Positions 10,543 through 23,333 of a stretch of 43,042 nucleotides of DNA are shown one piece after another. The DNA comes from Neovahlkampfia damariscottae (Eukaryota), in the NCBI GenBank assembly GCA_016618085.1, contig JABLTG010000161.1, forward strand, positions 1-43,042, written 5' to 3'. Every line of letters starts with the position of its first letter. The first letter of the stretch is position 1. The position numbers were made by a program, and so were the translations under genes. Below the pieces are notes generated by a model. That model made no database searches. It was given only the letters and a program-made list of their open reading frames with translations, and was not told the DNA's origin.

Positions 10543-11559
10543 TCACCAAAATTTAAAAACTGAAGTTTCTTTTTCCTGTTGTTTTTTCTCAACTTTTTCT
10601 TCATCAACATCATTTGATTTTTGTTCAATTTCTTCTTTTTTCCAACCTGAAAACCAATTTTGAATTGAAGTACTTACAGATTCAGTTAAAGGAGTCGCTT
10701 CTTGTTCAATTAATTTTTCATCAACTGTTTCATATTTTGACAATTTTGATAATAATAAATCTCTTTCTCTTTTTAATTTATTATTTTCATTGGTCATTTT
10801 TGTTTCCATTAATATATAATCTTCATCAAGTTTTAAATACTTTTCTTGCATATCTTTCAAATATTTTTCTTTTTCAAAATACATTTCTCTCAATTTTTTT
10901 TTATCACTTTTTATTGAAATTTGTTTTCGAATTGATTTTTCTAATGATGCATTTAAAACTTCAAAAAACTTTTCTAAAGTTATTAATTTTTCTTGAAGAG
11001 ATAAATTCAAAAAATTAAAAGTTTCTTTTTCTTCATTTGTAAATGTTTCAAATTTTCTTTTTATTTCTTTTTCTAAATTATCAATTTTTACTAATTTTCC
11101 AAATTTTAAAGATGTTGCTTGTATCATTTTTTCAAATCGTTTTTTAATAAATTCATCTGTATCTATGGAAGAATTTAATAATCTTGTTATTTTTTGATTT
11201 TGTATTTCATCTAAAGATAAATCTTCTTCTTTTAATTCGTTTAAAATATTTGGAAATTCTATTGTTATTTGATTATCATTTTCAATAATATTATTGATTT
11301 TTTTTATCTCTTTTGTTTTTAATTTTCTATTTATTTTTGGTTTTTCATTAGTTGGAGTTTTGACTTCTTCTTCGATAATTTCTTCTTTTTGAAGTGTTTG
11401 TGTTGTTTGTGTTGTTAATGGTGTTGTTGTTTGTGTTTGTGTTGTTGTGGTTGTTTCTACTTCATCAAGTAGATTATCCAACTCTTTTGATTGTTCTTCA
11501 TCTAATCTTGAATTCAAAAAATCATCAAAATCATCTCCATCATTTAAATCAGTTGACAT
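10543..11559 (-). CDS. Hypothetical coiled-coil protein (338 aa)
   Basis: Single long ORF with an acidic/Thr-rich N-terminus and E/K-rich heptads; CCAAT about 40 nt upstream. Confidence 0.8.
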   Translation of the reverse strand: MSTDLNDGDDFDDFLNSRLDEEQSKELDNLLDEVETTTTTQTQTTTPLTTQTTQTLQKEEIIEEEVKTPTNEKPKINRKLKTKEIKKINNIIENDNQITIEFPNILNELKEEDLSLDEIQNQKITRLLNSSIDTDEFIKKRFEKMIQATSLKFGKLVKIDNLEKEIKRKFETFTNEEKETFNFLNLSLQEKLITLEKFFEVLNASLEKSIRKQISIKSDKKKLREMYFEKEKYLKDMQEKYLKLDEDYILMETKMTNENNKLKRERDLLLSKLSKYETVDEKLIEQEATPLTESVSTSIQNWFSGWKKEEIEQKSNDVDEEKVEKKQQEKETSVFKFW

Positions 11560-11685
11560 TGTTTCTACACTTGAAAGTCTTCAACCAAAAAAAATTGTCC
11601 AATAGAAAACGCTCCATTTCGGAAGAATTTAAAAATGTGGTAGAATCAAAAAGATACAAAATGAATTTTTTACAACTTTTTTATT

Positions 11686-13318
11686 TTAAAAAGTATTGAG
11701 GTCTTCCTCATAATTTGTGAATGTTTGATTGGACATTGACAGTAATTCCGAATTTGAAAAATCAAAACTATCTTCGACAATCATTGATGAAAGATCTTGA
11801 ATTAAATCTGATTCATGAGCAGTTAATAATTGAGCTAAACCATCTGATTCATAAAATTTTTTTGTTTTTAATTCCAAAATTGATTTGATTGAATTTTGAC
11901 GTTTTAAATTCTCAATCAAACCTAAAATTAAATGATTTCCTCTATCTTGTACAATTGGTCTTAATGATGTTTTATTTTTTATCCAACCACCTAATGAAAA
12001 TAAATGAATTTGTGAAAATAAAGTTTTTTGTGAATTGATTCTTTGTATTAATGTACAATTAAAATCAAACATTTTATAAACTTTGTTCTTTTTTTCATTT
12101 CCTTCTTTTCTAATTTTACAATAAACATCTTTGTTTTCACCCCATTGATGATCTTGTAATGAATTAATTTCACATGGTTTTGAAATTAATAAAAAGTAAT
12201 CATCTGTACAAATAGCAGAAGCAACACCAGGTGCAATTCTAGCTGTATAAGGAAATGGTAAACTTAAAAATTGTGTAAAAACTGTATGATGTCTATCACC
12301 AAATCCTAATCCTTCTATAAATCCAAGTGTTTCATAATTTGTCAACCAATCTTCACATTTACATTGTTGTGATAATGGAATAAAAGAACTTAAAACATGT
12401 TCAAAATCATATGGTAAAGTTATATCATATTTTGAAACTACTCTTTCTTTGAATAAATTTATGTTTGGTAAATAATTCGTTTCTGTATAAAATATTGATC
12501 CAATTCGTTGACCATATTCACCATTTCTAAAATGATTCAATAATTCCCAATTTGTTGAATCTTTTAATAAAAATTTCATAAATTCAAAATCTCTATCAGT
12601 AACTTTCTTTTCAATAAAGTCATAATCCTCATAAGTTACTTTGACAACTAATTCTTTATAAAAATCTTTTTTGTTCATTGAAACTGGATCCATTGCAATC
12701 ATATACCCAAATGGTGTACCATTTAAATAATCTATACGTGTGAAATTGATTAAAAAAATGAAAGATTCTTTTGTGTTGTCATTTGTGACAGGATCAGTTT
12801 GCGCTATAATAGTATTTTAATAAATATTTTTTTAAATTACTGCTATATGTTTTTGGTGTTTCTTGGATGAGCATTGGGAATAATGATCCAAGTGTTGATG
12901 CTTCAACTCCTTGTTGTTCCATTTGAGGTTTCATCAAATCTTCTTCGTTTTTTTTTGAATTCCTTTTGTAATGTGTATTCATCCACAGTAACCTTGAATT
13001 CATATCGATCATAAACATCCAACTTGCGGATTCTGAGCAAAAGTATTAAATAAGATTCAATGTCTTACTGGAATAATTTTGAGTCAATAAATCGTAGGTT
13101 AAATGAACTTTTTGAAGTTCTATATCTGCAAACTGCCTTTTTGAAATCCCATGTTTTGTTGTTTTACCAGCTGGTTTTGTAGAAAATGAGTGAAAATTTT
13201 TATAATCTTTGTCCATTGCCCCTGTATTTTTCAACCATTTCTTGGTTTTCACAACTTTTGAAGATTGTATTTTCATATTTTGTTCTTCATTCACAAATAC
13301 GAATTTTTTTTTCTTCAT
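11686..13318 (-). CDS. Protein with putative PAS-like middle region and C-terminal START-like (SRPBCC) domain, 3 exons
   Basis: Three ORF-track pieces join in frame via two GT-AG introns (about 13033-13068 and 12804-12840). The C-terminus has START-like features (W-E-L-L, LSLPFPYTAR, LIQRINSQKTLFSQIHLFSLGGWI). Confidence 0.65.
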
Positions 13319-13686
13319 TGATCACTGTCTGTTTGTCAAACTGTTTTTTACAATTTCGTACTCTCATTGGACAGTTACAAGTATCTACGTCAATCATTCG
13401 ATCCATTTTAGGAAAGTCACTGATGATTCAGGTAAAGTTAATTTCCAAAATAATTCTAATTGTGTGTTTTTGGTAAAATGCAAACCATTGGACAATGAAC
13501 AAGAAGGTGATTGTGGGCAATTTTATTGACGCTTCAAGGTTATTTTTGAACCAAAAGTGCGATAAAAAAAAAACAGGATTTCGGAGATTATTGAATTTTT
13601 TTGCACTGGCATTGGACGAAATTTTATCCGCAGAATTTTTTCATTGCCCTTTTTGAGATTGCTTTTCAATTGGTGCATTTTTTCAA

Positions 13687-14931
13687 ATGAGGAAAATTGA
13701 ACTTCTTTGTGAAAAATACAGAGATCAAATCACGAGATACAAACAAAACAAAGAGGTACCTCTTGTTCAAGGTTTGATTAATGACACACTTAACTCTTTT
13801 GTTTTTTAGATTCTTCTGGATTTTCCACTCTGTTCGGAGATTTTGAAACATTTGTGAACAGAAAAAACATTAAAGTCACCAAAACTTTGTTTTCATTTAA
13901 AAAAGATATATATTTCCTTCACAAAGTATTTTTTACTTTAGTTCTAAAACATACAGAATTTACACAAAAATGAATTCATTTTTGTTGAAGGAATTGTGAA
14001 TTCAAAATCAGAATCAAACATATATCTCACAATAAAAAACATATACCACTGTTTAAAAAACCAAAAAATAGAAGTCATTTCAAAATATGAAATTCCATCA
14101 ACAATGTTTTTTGAAGTAAAAAGAAAAAAAAAATTAAAAACACATTTAGGAGAAATTACATTATACACAATTAAATACACATAAAAAATTCAATGACTTT
14201 AAAAAGGGTGATGAAATTATATGTACTAAATATTAATCAAATTAATCTTTTACAAGGTTTTTTGGAGTCACTTGATAGAGAAAACAATTTTCTTTTAACC
14301 CTAAAGAATAATTTTTTAAATGAAACATTTCATAAATTTGATTTTGAAAAATTCAATAGATTGATATCAGAAGATGAAAATTTTTTTGATTTTTCATCTT
14401 TAGAAAAAATGACGAAAACCTTTCAAATCAAACAACACCAAACCTTAAAAAAAAACAAAAAATTTGAAAATATACCTGAAAATGAAACATATTTATCTTT
14501 GAAAGAAATTCAAAATAAAAATTATGCAAAAGAGAAGAAAGTTTAATTGAAAAAATTAAATTTTTTATTTTAGGGTATTAACAGGAGTTCAGTTAGCTAA
14601 AGAAGGAAATTATAAACAAGCAATTGAAATATATCAAAAAGCTTTAGAATTTGATACAAAATGTTGTGATGCCTTTGTTGGTATTGGCGCTGCTTATGCA
14701 AATGATGGATATTATGAAAAAGGAGTTAAAGAATTTCAAAAAGCATTACAAATCAATCCTGAAAATAAAAATGCAAGTTTGTATTTAGAAGCAACAAAAA
14801 AAAAATTACAACAAGAATATGAAGAGGAACAAGAGGAATTAAAAAAATTAGAAGAAATATTAAAGGCTGATAAGAAAAGAAAAAAATCAAACTTAAATTC
14901 ATCAACACCAAAAAAATCAAAAAAAAAATAA
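13687..14931 (+). CDS. TTC14-like tetratricopeptide repeat protein, multi-exon
   Basis: The last exon is missing from the ORF track and reads VLTGVQLAKEGNYKQAIEIYQKALEFDTKCCDAFVGIGAAYANDGYYEKGVKEFQKALQINPENKNASLYL (TPR pair). It is preceded by LKEIQNKNYA, as in TTC14, and followed by a basic tail. Confidence 0.7.
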
Positions 14932-14937
14932 AACTCT

Positions 14938-15108
14938 TTAAAGTTTTGCTTTTAATGAGTGAAAGATTCTTCTTTCTCTTTTGAATCTTTCTCCTTCAAA
15001 AAAATGATCAATTTCATCGTATTCTTTTAATTGTTCATCTGTTATAGTAATTTCTTTGATTTTATTTTCTTTTGAAGTTGTCATTGTTTTTTCATTTTTC
15101 TCACTCAT
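14938..15108 (-). CDS. Putative 56-aa microprotein
   Basis: ATG 15108 to TAA 14938 exactly fills the gap between neighbours and shares CCAATC (15130) with the divergent esterase gene. Confidence 0.5.
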   Translation of the reverse strand: MSEKNEKTMTTSKENKIKEITITDEQLKEYDEIDHFFEGERFKRERRIFHSLKAKL

Positions 15109-15150
15109 AAAAGTAGTTTGGGTATTCAACCAATCGGAATAACTTGTATA

Positions 15151-16192
15151 ATGAACATTGTACGTATGTTGATGGTATTTGTCGCACTTTTCGCGGTCGG
15201 CTATTACATTCTTGTCGTTAAAGATCCAGAAATTTCACCACAACAAAAATTACTTCATTATGTTGTGAAACGTGAAAAAAATAAAAATAAAAATTTAACG
15301 CCTTTTAGTCGTGGACTACAGAGGAGGTATTATGTCAGACCAATTTACAAGAGCAAATTTAGCTTCAGTACCAAAAGTATCAACTAATGGAAAATATAAA
15401 AATGGTCTTTTGATTGAAAATTTCAATGTATCTTCGACAAGTAGTGACAGACAAATCCCAGTGAATATTTATGTTCCAGAAAAAAAACATGCATCAAAAA
15501 GATTAATTGTTCAAATTCATGGAGGTGGATGGGTCAAAAGAGGAAACACTCAAATACCAGCTCATTTAACAACACAAGGAAATACAGTTGTTTCTATTTA
15601 TTATGCATTGGCACCAGAACATCCTTATCCAGCTGCTATTCATGATTGCATTGATGCTTTAAAATGGGTATTATCAAAAAAACATGATTTATTGAAAGAT
15701 TTTGATGAAACAAAAGTTGTGCTTGTTGGTGATTCAGCAGGTGGTAATTTAGTGTCTGTTCTCTCTTATCGTGTTAGAGATGATGAATTTTTCAAATATA
15801 AAATTGAAAAACAAGTTTTAGTATATCCAGGTATTAAATTCAGTGGAACAACAAAAAGCAGAATTCAATACAAAGATGCTTATTTATTGAGTTTGGAGAA
15901 AATTGATTGGTTTGTCAAACAATACATTCAAGATGTTGAATTATTCAAAAAAGATCCTTATGGATCCGTTTTAGAAGCTAAAAATCAAAATAATTTACCT
16001 GAAACTCTTGTTGTTTTGGCGAAATTTGATCCTTTATTTGACGAAGGAAAAGAATATGCTTCTTTATTGAAACAAAATTCAAACAAAGTTGAAGTCAAAG
16101 AATATCCAATTATTCATGGTGCATATGGAATTGATTTCATCAAAGAAGGTATGAATGCACTCAATGATTCATTAGATTTTATCAATCAATAA
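15151..16192 (+). CDS. Alpha/beta hydrolase, hormone-sensitive-lipase family esterase with N-terminal anchor; intron 15272-15308
   Basis: HGGGW oxyanion motif, LAPEHPYPAAIHD, GDSAGG nucleophile, DPL and HG catalytic motifs. Confidence 0.93.
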
Positions 16193-16194
16193 AA

Positions 16195-17562
16195 TTAAAT
16201 TTTATTGGTTAATTCTTCCATTGATTTTCCTTTAGTTTCTGGAACAAAAAGAACAAACATGATAAAAAATAGTATAAACAATCCCATATAAGGTAAGAAA
16301 ACGAATTTCCCTAACAATGATGAAATTAATGGAAATGAAACAGAAATGAAAAATGAAGTGGTCCAGTTCAATGCAGTGCACATCATTAAACCAAAATTTC
16401 GAACGTCATTTGGAAACATCTCAGAAGGTAAAATCCAAGTTAAAGGTCCAATTGAAAAACTATATCCAATTGTGTGTGTGATGACACTAATAACTGAAAC
16501 ATATGAAAAAATAGGTGAAAGATCATTGACCATGTACGAAATACCAAGACAAATGAAGGACAATAATTCAATGAAAGTTCCTGAAATCAACAAGAATCTT
16601 CTTCCAAATTTATCAATCAAAATGATACATGGAACAGTCAATAATACTTTGACAGCTCCAACAATAGTTGTAGCTAATTCAGGTTGTGGAACTCCACTTT
16701 GTTTAAAAATTTCAGTTGAGTAGAAATTAATAATATTTGGACCTGAAATTTGTTGTCCAATCCCAATTAAAAATGAAATCAACAAAGGTTTGATCATATT
16801 TGGTCTGAATGTATCTGCAAAGTCACCAGTCTTCCCTTTTAGTCCTTCCTTAATTTCTTCGAGTTCTTCATCAATATCAGTGGTTCTTCTTAGTCTTTCA
16901 AGTGTTGACTTTCCATATTCTTCTCTACCTTTCAATAATAACCATCTTGGAGAATGAGGTAAAAACGGAGCAACAACTATAGTGATAATACATGGAATAA
17001 TGTTGATTGAATATGCAATTCTCCATCCTTGTTCTATACCTTCAAAAATGTAGCCAAAAAGCATTCCAAAAAACACTCCAAAACAAATTTGTAATTGATT
17101 AATACTACCATATGCTCCTCTCAATTTGGAAGGTGAAATTTCCAAAATATAAAGAGGAACAATGATTGAAGAGCTTCCAGAACAAAATCCATTTAAAAGT
17201 CTACCAAAATAAAGAGTATAATAATTTGAAAAAAATGACATGACAAAAATTGAAATTGAAAATAGAACGTTGATAAAAATTAAACTAAATTTTCTTCCTA
17301 AAAAATTTCCAATCGGACCACCCATAACTGAACCTATCATCGCTCCAATAGGATATATACCAACAATCAAAGACCATTGTAAAGTTGTTTTCATGGGTAT
17401 ACAAGGTTTAAAAAAATCCTCTGTGCTTGAGCATTCTGTGACTTGTGATTTTGTATTATTCACAATACCAACTCCATATCCAAATTGAAATGTAGAACAT
17501 GATATGACGAAAACATAAAACAGCAACAGCAAATGAGTGAAAAGACTGTTTTTTTTTTCCAT
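16195..17562 (-). CDS. MFS sugar porter (GLUT-like hexose transporter), intronless
   Basis: 12 TM pattern with FQFGY, LGRK, EISP..RG, PHSPRWL, QQISG, DKFGRR, PSEMFP and PETKGK signatures. Confidence 0.95.
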   Translation of the reverse strand: MEKKNSLFTHLLLLFYVFVISCSTFQFGYGVGIVNNTKSQVTECSSTEDFFKPCIPMKTTLQWSLIVGIYPIGAMIGSVMGGPIGNFLGRKFSLIFINVLFSISIFVMSFFSNYYTLYFGRLLNGFCSGSSSIIVPLYILEISPSKLRGAYGSINQLQICFGVFFGMLFGYIFEGIEQGWRIAYSINIIPCIITIVVAPFLPHSPRWLLLKGREEYGKSTLERLRRTTDIDEELEEIKEGLKGKTGDFADTFRPNMIKPLLISFLIGIGQQISGPNIINFYSTEIFKQSGVPQPELATTIVGAVKVLLTVPCIILIDKFGRRFLLISGTFIELLSFICLGISYMVNDLSPIFSYVSVISVITHTIGYSFSIGPLTWILPSEMFPNDVRNFGLMMCTALNWTTSFFISVSFPLISSLLGKFVFLPYMGLFILFFIMFVLFVPETKGKSMEELTNKI

Positions 17563-17600
17563 TGGATAAATCCGTTGACCAATAAAATTTATTTCATCAA

Positions 17601-18886
17601 TTATATATCATTATTATTATTATTTGCAGCTAATGCAAAGAGTGCAAAAGTTCCAAGGTTACCATTGTTATTTCTACGATTTTTATTTTTGTTTTGTCCT
17701 TCAAAATACATAAAATCAATGAGAAATGTTGCTCCAAATAAAAGTGCTTTTGTATCTGAAGAAACTTCACGTGGAAATTTAACTCCAAAATTATCAGAAT
17801 CTGTATAAAATTCTTTAATAAATCCAGAGAATTGCTTTTGAATTTGACCAATTGTTTTACCTGTCAAATCTTTCACTTTATAATGCCATGATAGGAGAAA
17901 ACAACTTTGATTTTAAAAAAAAAAAAAACTTACACTCCACCTTGAAGTCTTAAAATTTCTTTGTTTTGAGCATTTAAAACTGTAAATTCTCTTGTAAAGA
18001 AGTTTGGTTCAGCAAGTACTTTTCCAATGTATCTAGGTTGAGAACCATCTCTACCTGGTTCATAAACTTCAATAAATGGAAAAAACATAACCCAAGGTCT
18101 AACTAAAAGAAGTACTTCTTTTTTGTTTTGATCATAAATATGCATTTGAAATCCACGTCTTGATTGACAGTAAATTCTTCCAAGACATTCTGATGATTCT
18201 AAAGCAACGAGTTGCATTCCATTACTCATGTGAACATCATATTTGTTTTCCATTTCAAACCCAGTTACAAGTTCAAATAAATCAGTTTTTTGTTTTACAA
18301 TACATCCATCATTATTTCCAAAAATGAAATCTAATGGACTTTGATCAATATTTTGTTCAACAAACTCATCTCTATCTTGAACTTGCACATGTTCATTTTG
18401 ATTCTTTGAGGTAGTTGTAGTTGTGGTTGTTGAATAAGTCATTTGTTGTTGTTGTTGTGGAATTGTGCCAGAGTATTGTTGTTGTTGTTGTGGTTGATAA
18501 TACTGTTGTTGAGGTTGAGTTTGTTGATATGGATTTTGAACATATACTTGATGGTTTTGGTCCATTGGTACAAATTGTTGTTGAGGTTGTTGTGTTGGAT
18601 AATAATTTTGTTGAGGTTGTTGGTTTCCAAATGAACCTTGTTGTTGTTGTGGATAATAATTTTGTTGAGGTTGTTGATTTTCAAAAGAGCCTTGTTGCTG
18701 TTGATTTCCAAATGAACCTTGTTGTTGGTTTGAATAATAATTAGGTTGTTGTTGATTTCCAAATGAACCTTCTTGAGGTTGATAAAAAACAGGTTGATTA
18801 TTTCCATTGTTTGGATCAAAAGCGTAAAATTGTGGAACGAATTCACCCTGCTGAAAGTTATTGTCTTGTGGGATATTGTTTGACAT
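17601..18886 (-). CDS. Phospholipid scramblase family protein with Q/P-rich N-terminus, 2 exons
   Basis: VKQKTDLFELVTGFEMENKY, ESSECLGRIYC..RGF, TDSDNFGVKFP and KALLFGATFLIDFMYFE are scramblase motifs. Confidence 0.92.
18595..18785 (-). repeat. Coding tandem repeats (QQQGSFGNQQ / QPQQNYY units) in the scramblase N-terminus
   Basis: TTTCCAAATGAACCTT occurs three times, with a variant, within CAA-rich sequence. Confidence 0.8.
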
Positions 18887-19029
18887 TTTGACCAATGAAA
18901 CTATCACAATTTAGTGTCCGTTATAAAGTAAACTTGAAGATTTAAAGAAGTTATTTAATACTCTCAAATAAATGTTTTTCATTTTCTTGTTTTCTTTTTA
19001 ATTGGTCAAATCTATTCAACCATTCGAAA

Positions 19030-19369
19030 TGGATGTTGATAAGTATTTATCAAATATCAACTCACCAAGTAATTCAAATGATAGACTCAATTTTACAAGT
19101 AGCTGCTTTTGATGGTTTGATTTTGCAACTTGCTTCAGAAATTGAAAAGTGATGAAGAACTGGTGCTTCAAGCTATCAAAACATCAAGACTTGCTTTAAA
19201 ATATGGTTCTGATTCATTAAAAAATGATATAGAAATTGTAAAAACATCAGTTAAAAATTATAGTGCTTCAGAGTTAAGAAATAACTTTGAAATTGTTTAC
19301 AAAAATAGAAAAAAGAGTGAATTTTTTTGTTTCATTGAGAAAAGTTTATTTTTTCTTTTAACTTTTTGA
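19030..19369 (+). pseudogene. DUF4116-repeat gene remnant (frameshifted)
   Basis: ILQVAAFDGLILQLASE switches frame to LKSDEELVLQAIKTSRLALKYGSDSLKNDIEIVKTSVKN-[deleted]-YSASELRNNFEIV. The break near 19140 has no intron. Confidence 0.7.
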
Positions 19370-19596
19370 TTTGCAGAAGTCCCGTGGCTGAAATTATTAA
19401 ATGAGAAACAATGATTTTGGATTCCATCCAAACTTGTTGTGGTTATCAAAACATAATAATGTGTTGATGAGAAATGTTCAAAAGATTAGATTTAATTATC
19501 AATGATTCAAAAGGTGAAAAATAAAGTTTCAACAGTGTTGATGATGTATTATTCAACTGATTAACATTTTGATTTTCGTCCAATCAAAATTCAACT

Positions 19597-21651
19597 ATGA
19601 CCATTGAAGAATTTTTAGACTTGAACCTTAGTGATATTTATTCTCTTGATGATATTGATGAATTAATTGAAGAAAAACAAAAAATTCAAAATAAAATTGA
19701 AAAAGAAAAAAAAAAAAATGAAACAACAAATTCAGAAATCAATGAATCTATTTTAAAAGAAAAACTTGAAAATTCAATTGAGTTAATTGAAAAAACAGAA
19801 GATAAAATTGATTATTTCAATGATTTAAATAAAGAATTAAAAAAATTACAATTTTTAAAAGACCTTCAAAATTGTGTAAATCTAAGAGAAACAATTGAAG
19901 AAGAAATGTAACAAATTAATACTTTCTAATAGTTTTAAATAGAAAAAAAATTGAAGATAATACTGAAAAATCACTTAAAATTCTTCAAAAAGTGACTTTA
20001 TTAACAAAACAAATTGAAATGTTTCCAAAAAATTTTAAAAGATGTTTAGAGATGATTAACACACAAATAATTGATAAAATGAAACCAAAAATTATCAAGT
20101 AATTGTTTTTCATTTTTTTTTATTCTTTAGTGATTTGGAATCAACTTTGATTTTGATAGATTGGCCAAAGTTAAATCTTCAACAGACAAAAAAAGAAACA
20201 TCTGAAAAAAATTTAACTTTATTTTCTGAAAAATGTGAACATTTAAAATGCTTAGAAGATTTGTATACAATTACATTTTCATTTTAACTTTTTTTAGATA
20301 TGATGAATTGAATAACACAAAACCTGAATTCCAAACAGAGTGGTTAATTGAGGTTTTATTAAAACCTTTTAAAATTCGTTTTGATTATCATTTTTATGGT
20401 AAAAGGGACACAAACAGAATTGATAAAGTAATCAACCTTAATTAATATTTTAAGCCGCAATTTTTTTTCATTTTTATCATGAATTGTTTAGAAAGTTCAG
20501 TTCCATTTTTGATGAAATGTTTAAATGAAAGTGTATTTGAATCACAATCATTTGTTCAAGGATTACTTCAATTAACAACAGAGAAAATGATCAGAGTAAA
20601 ATATCAAAAAATCAAATACTAAATTTCAGTTCATTGATAAAGTAAAATCATGTAAAACCAAAGAATATGAAAATTTATTCTTAAATCTTATAAATGAAAG
20701 CATTGAATATGAAAAAATCTTTTTGGAATATTCAAAAAATGGAACTGGAATTTTTGATCATTTTGGAAATGATGAAGAGATTATGAAAAATTGGATAAAA
20801 TTAGATAAGAAAAGTAATTGATTTAATATGTATTTCTTAAACTTTATCAGATTCACAGGAATTCTTTTTTCAAAATTTGACAAATTGGGATTTAAATTTG
20901 AACTTTGAGATCAGTGATTCTGAAAATGCATTTCTACCTTCCAATTCGGCATTCTCATTCATGAAGCTGATTAAATCGTTGAATAGTAATAATATATCAT
21001 TATATTTAACTAATACTTTCTACAATAGATCGTTATAAATATTTACCTGTTGAAGCTAGAGTATCAATTTCAAATGAAATTCAATTTCATTTTGTAAAAC
21101 TCTACATCAAAGAAATCAAATCAAAATCAACATTACATTTACCAAATAAGAAATTAGAAAGATGGGAAGAATATTGTAGAATTTTAAATTCCTCTATTTA
21201 TTGTGAATCCATTTTCAGAGATTGGACTGAAGTAAAATTTAATTAAGAAAATTGATCTTTTTAGAGCATTTTAGAGTTTGATTTTAACACAATAGCAGAT
21301 GAATTTGGTGCTATTTCAGATTCAATGATTCGACATTTGATCAAAACAATGATGGAAATGTTGAAGTTTGAAATTAAAAATAAATACAATGCTTCAAATG
21401 AAGAATATATCTCAAAAGAAATCGTTGAAATATCTCAAAATCTATCAAATCAATTGAATTGTATCTCATTAAACATTCAAAAAAATCGATTTATTGTACT
21501 TTGGAGAAAATTAATTTTCGAAATTGATGAATTTTTCAGTAAAGAAAAACAATTGAATTTCCAAGATATTGAAGGATTAATTATAAAAGTATTTTCATCA
21601 TATTCAACAAAACCATTAAATTTTATCCCAAAAACCTTAAAAAGAAAATAA
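19597..21651 (+). CDS. RINT1: RINT1/Tip20-like vesicle-tethering subunit (Dsl1/NRZ complex), many short introns
   Basis: N-terminal coiled coil, LESTLILIDWP, EVLLKPFKIRFDYHFYGKRDTNRIDKPQFF, DRYKYLP and ILNSSIYCESIFRDW match RINT1/Tip20 conserved blocks. Confidence 0.82.
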
Positions 21652-21657
21652 AATTTT

Positions 21658-23173
<1,516 letters not shown>

Positions 23174-23333
23174 TTTGAATTTGTTTGAAAAAAATTCACT
23201 TGAGGAAGATTGTTTTTGATTGGTCAACAAACATTTGTAAATCAGTGGTTTAATAGTTAATTTTTATGAAATAAACTAGTTTGCTTTTCTCTTGTAATAA
23301 AGATGTTCATTGGCATGTTTTGTTCCGCCAATC

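Noticed and set aside
16346..17488. Plus-strand ORFs opposite the sugar transporter
   Set aside because: Antisense shadows of a well-supported MFS gene.
18421..18846. Val-, Leu- and Asn-rich ORFs
   Set aside because: Alternative frames of the CAA-rich poly-Gln region of the scramblase.
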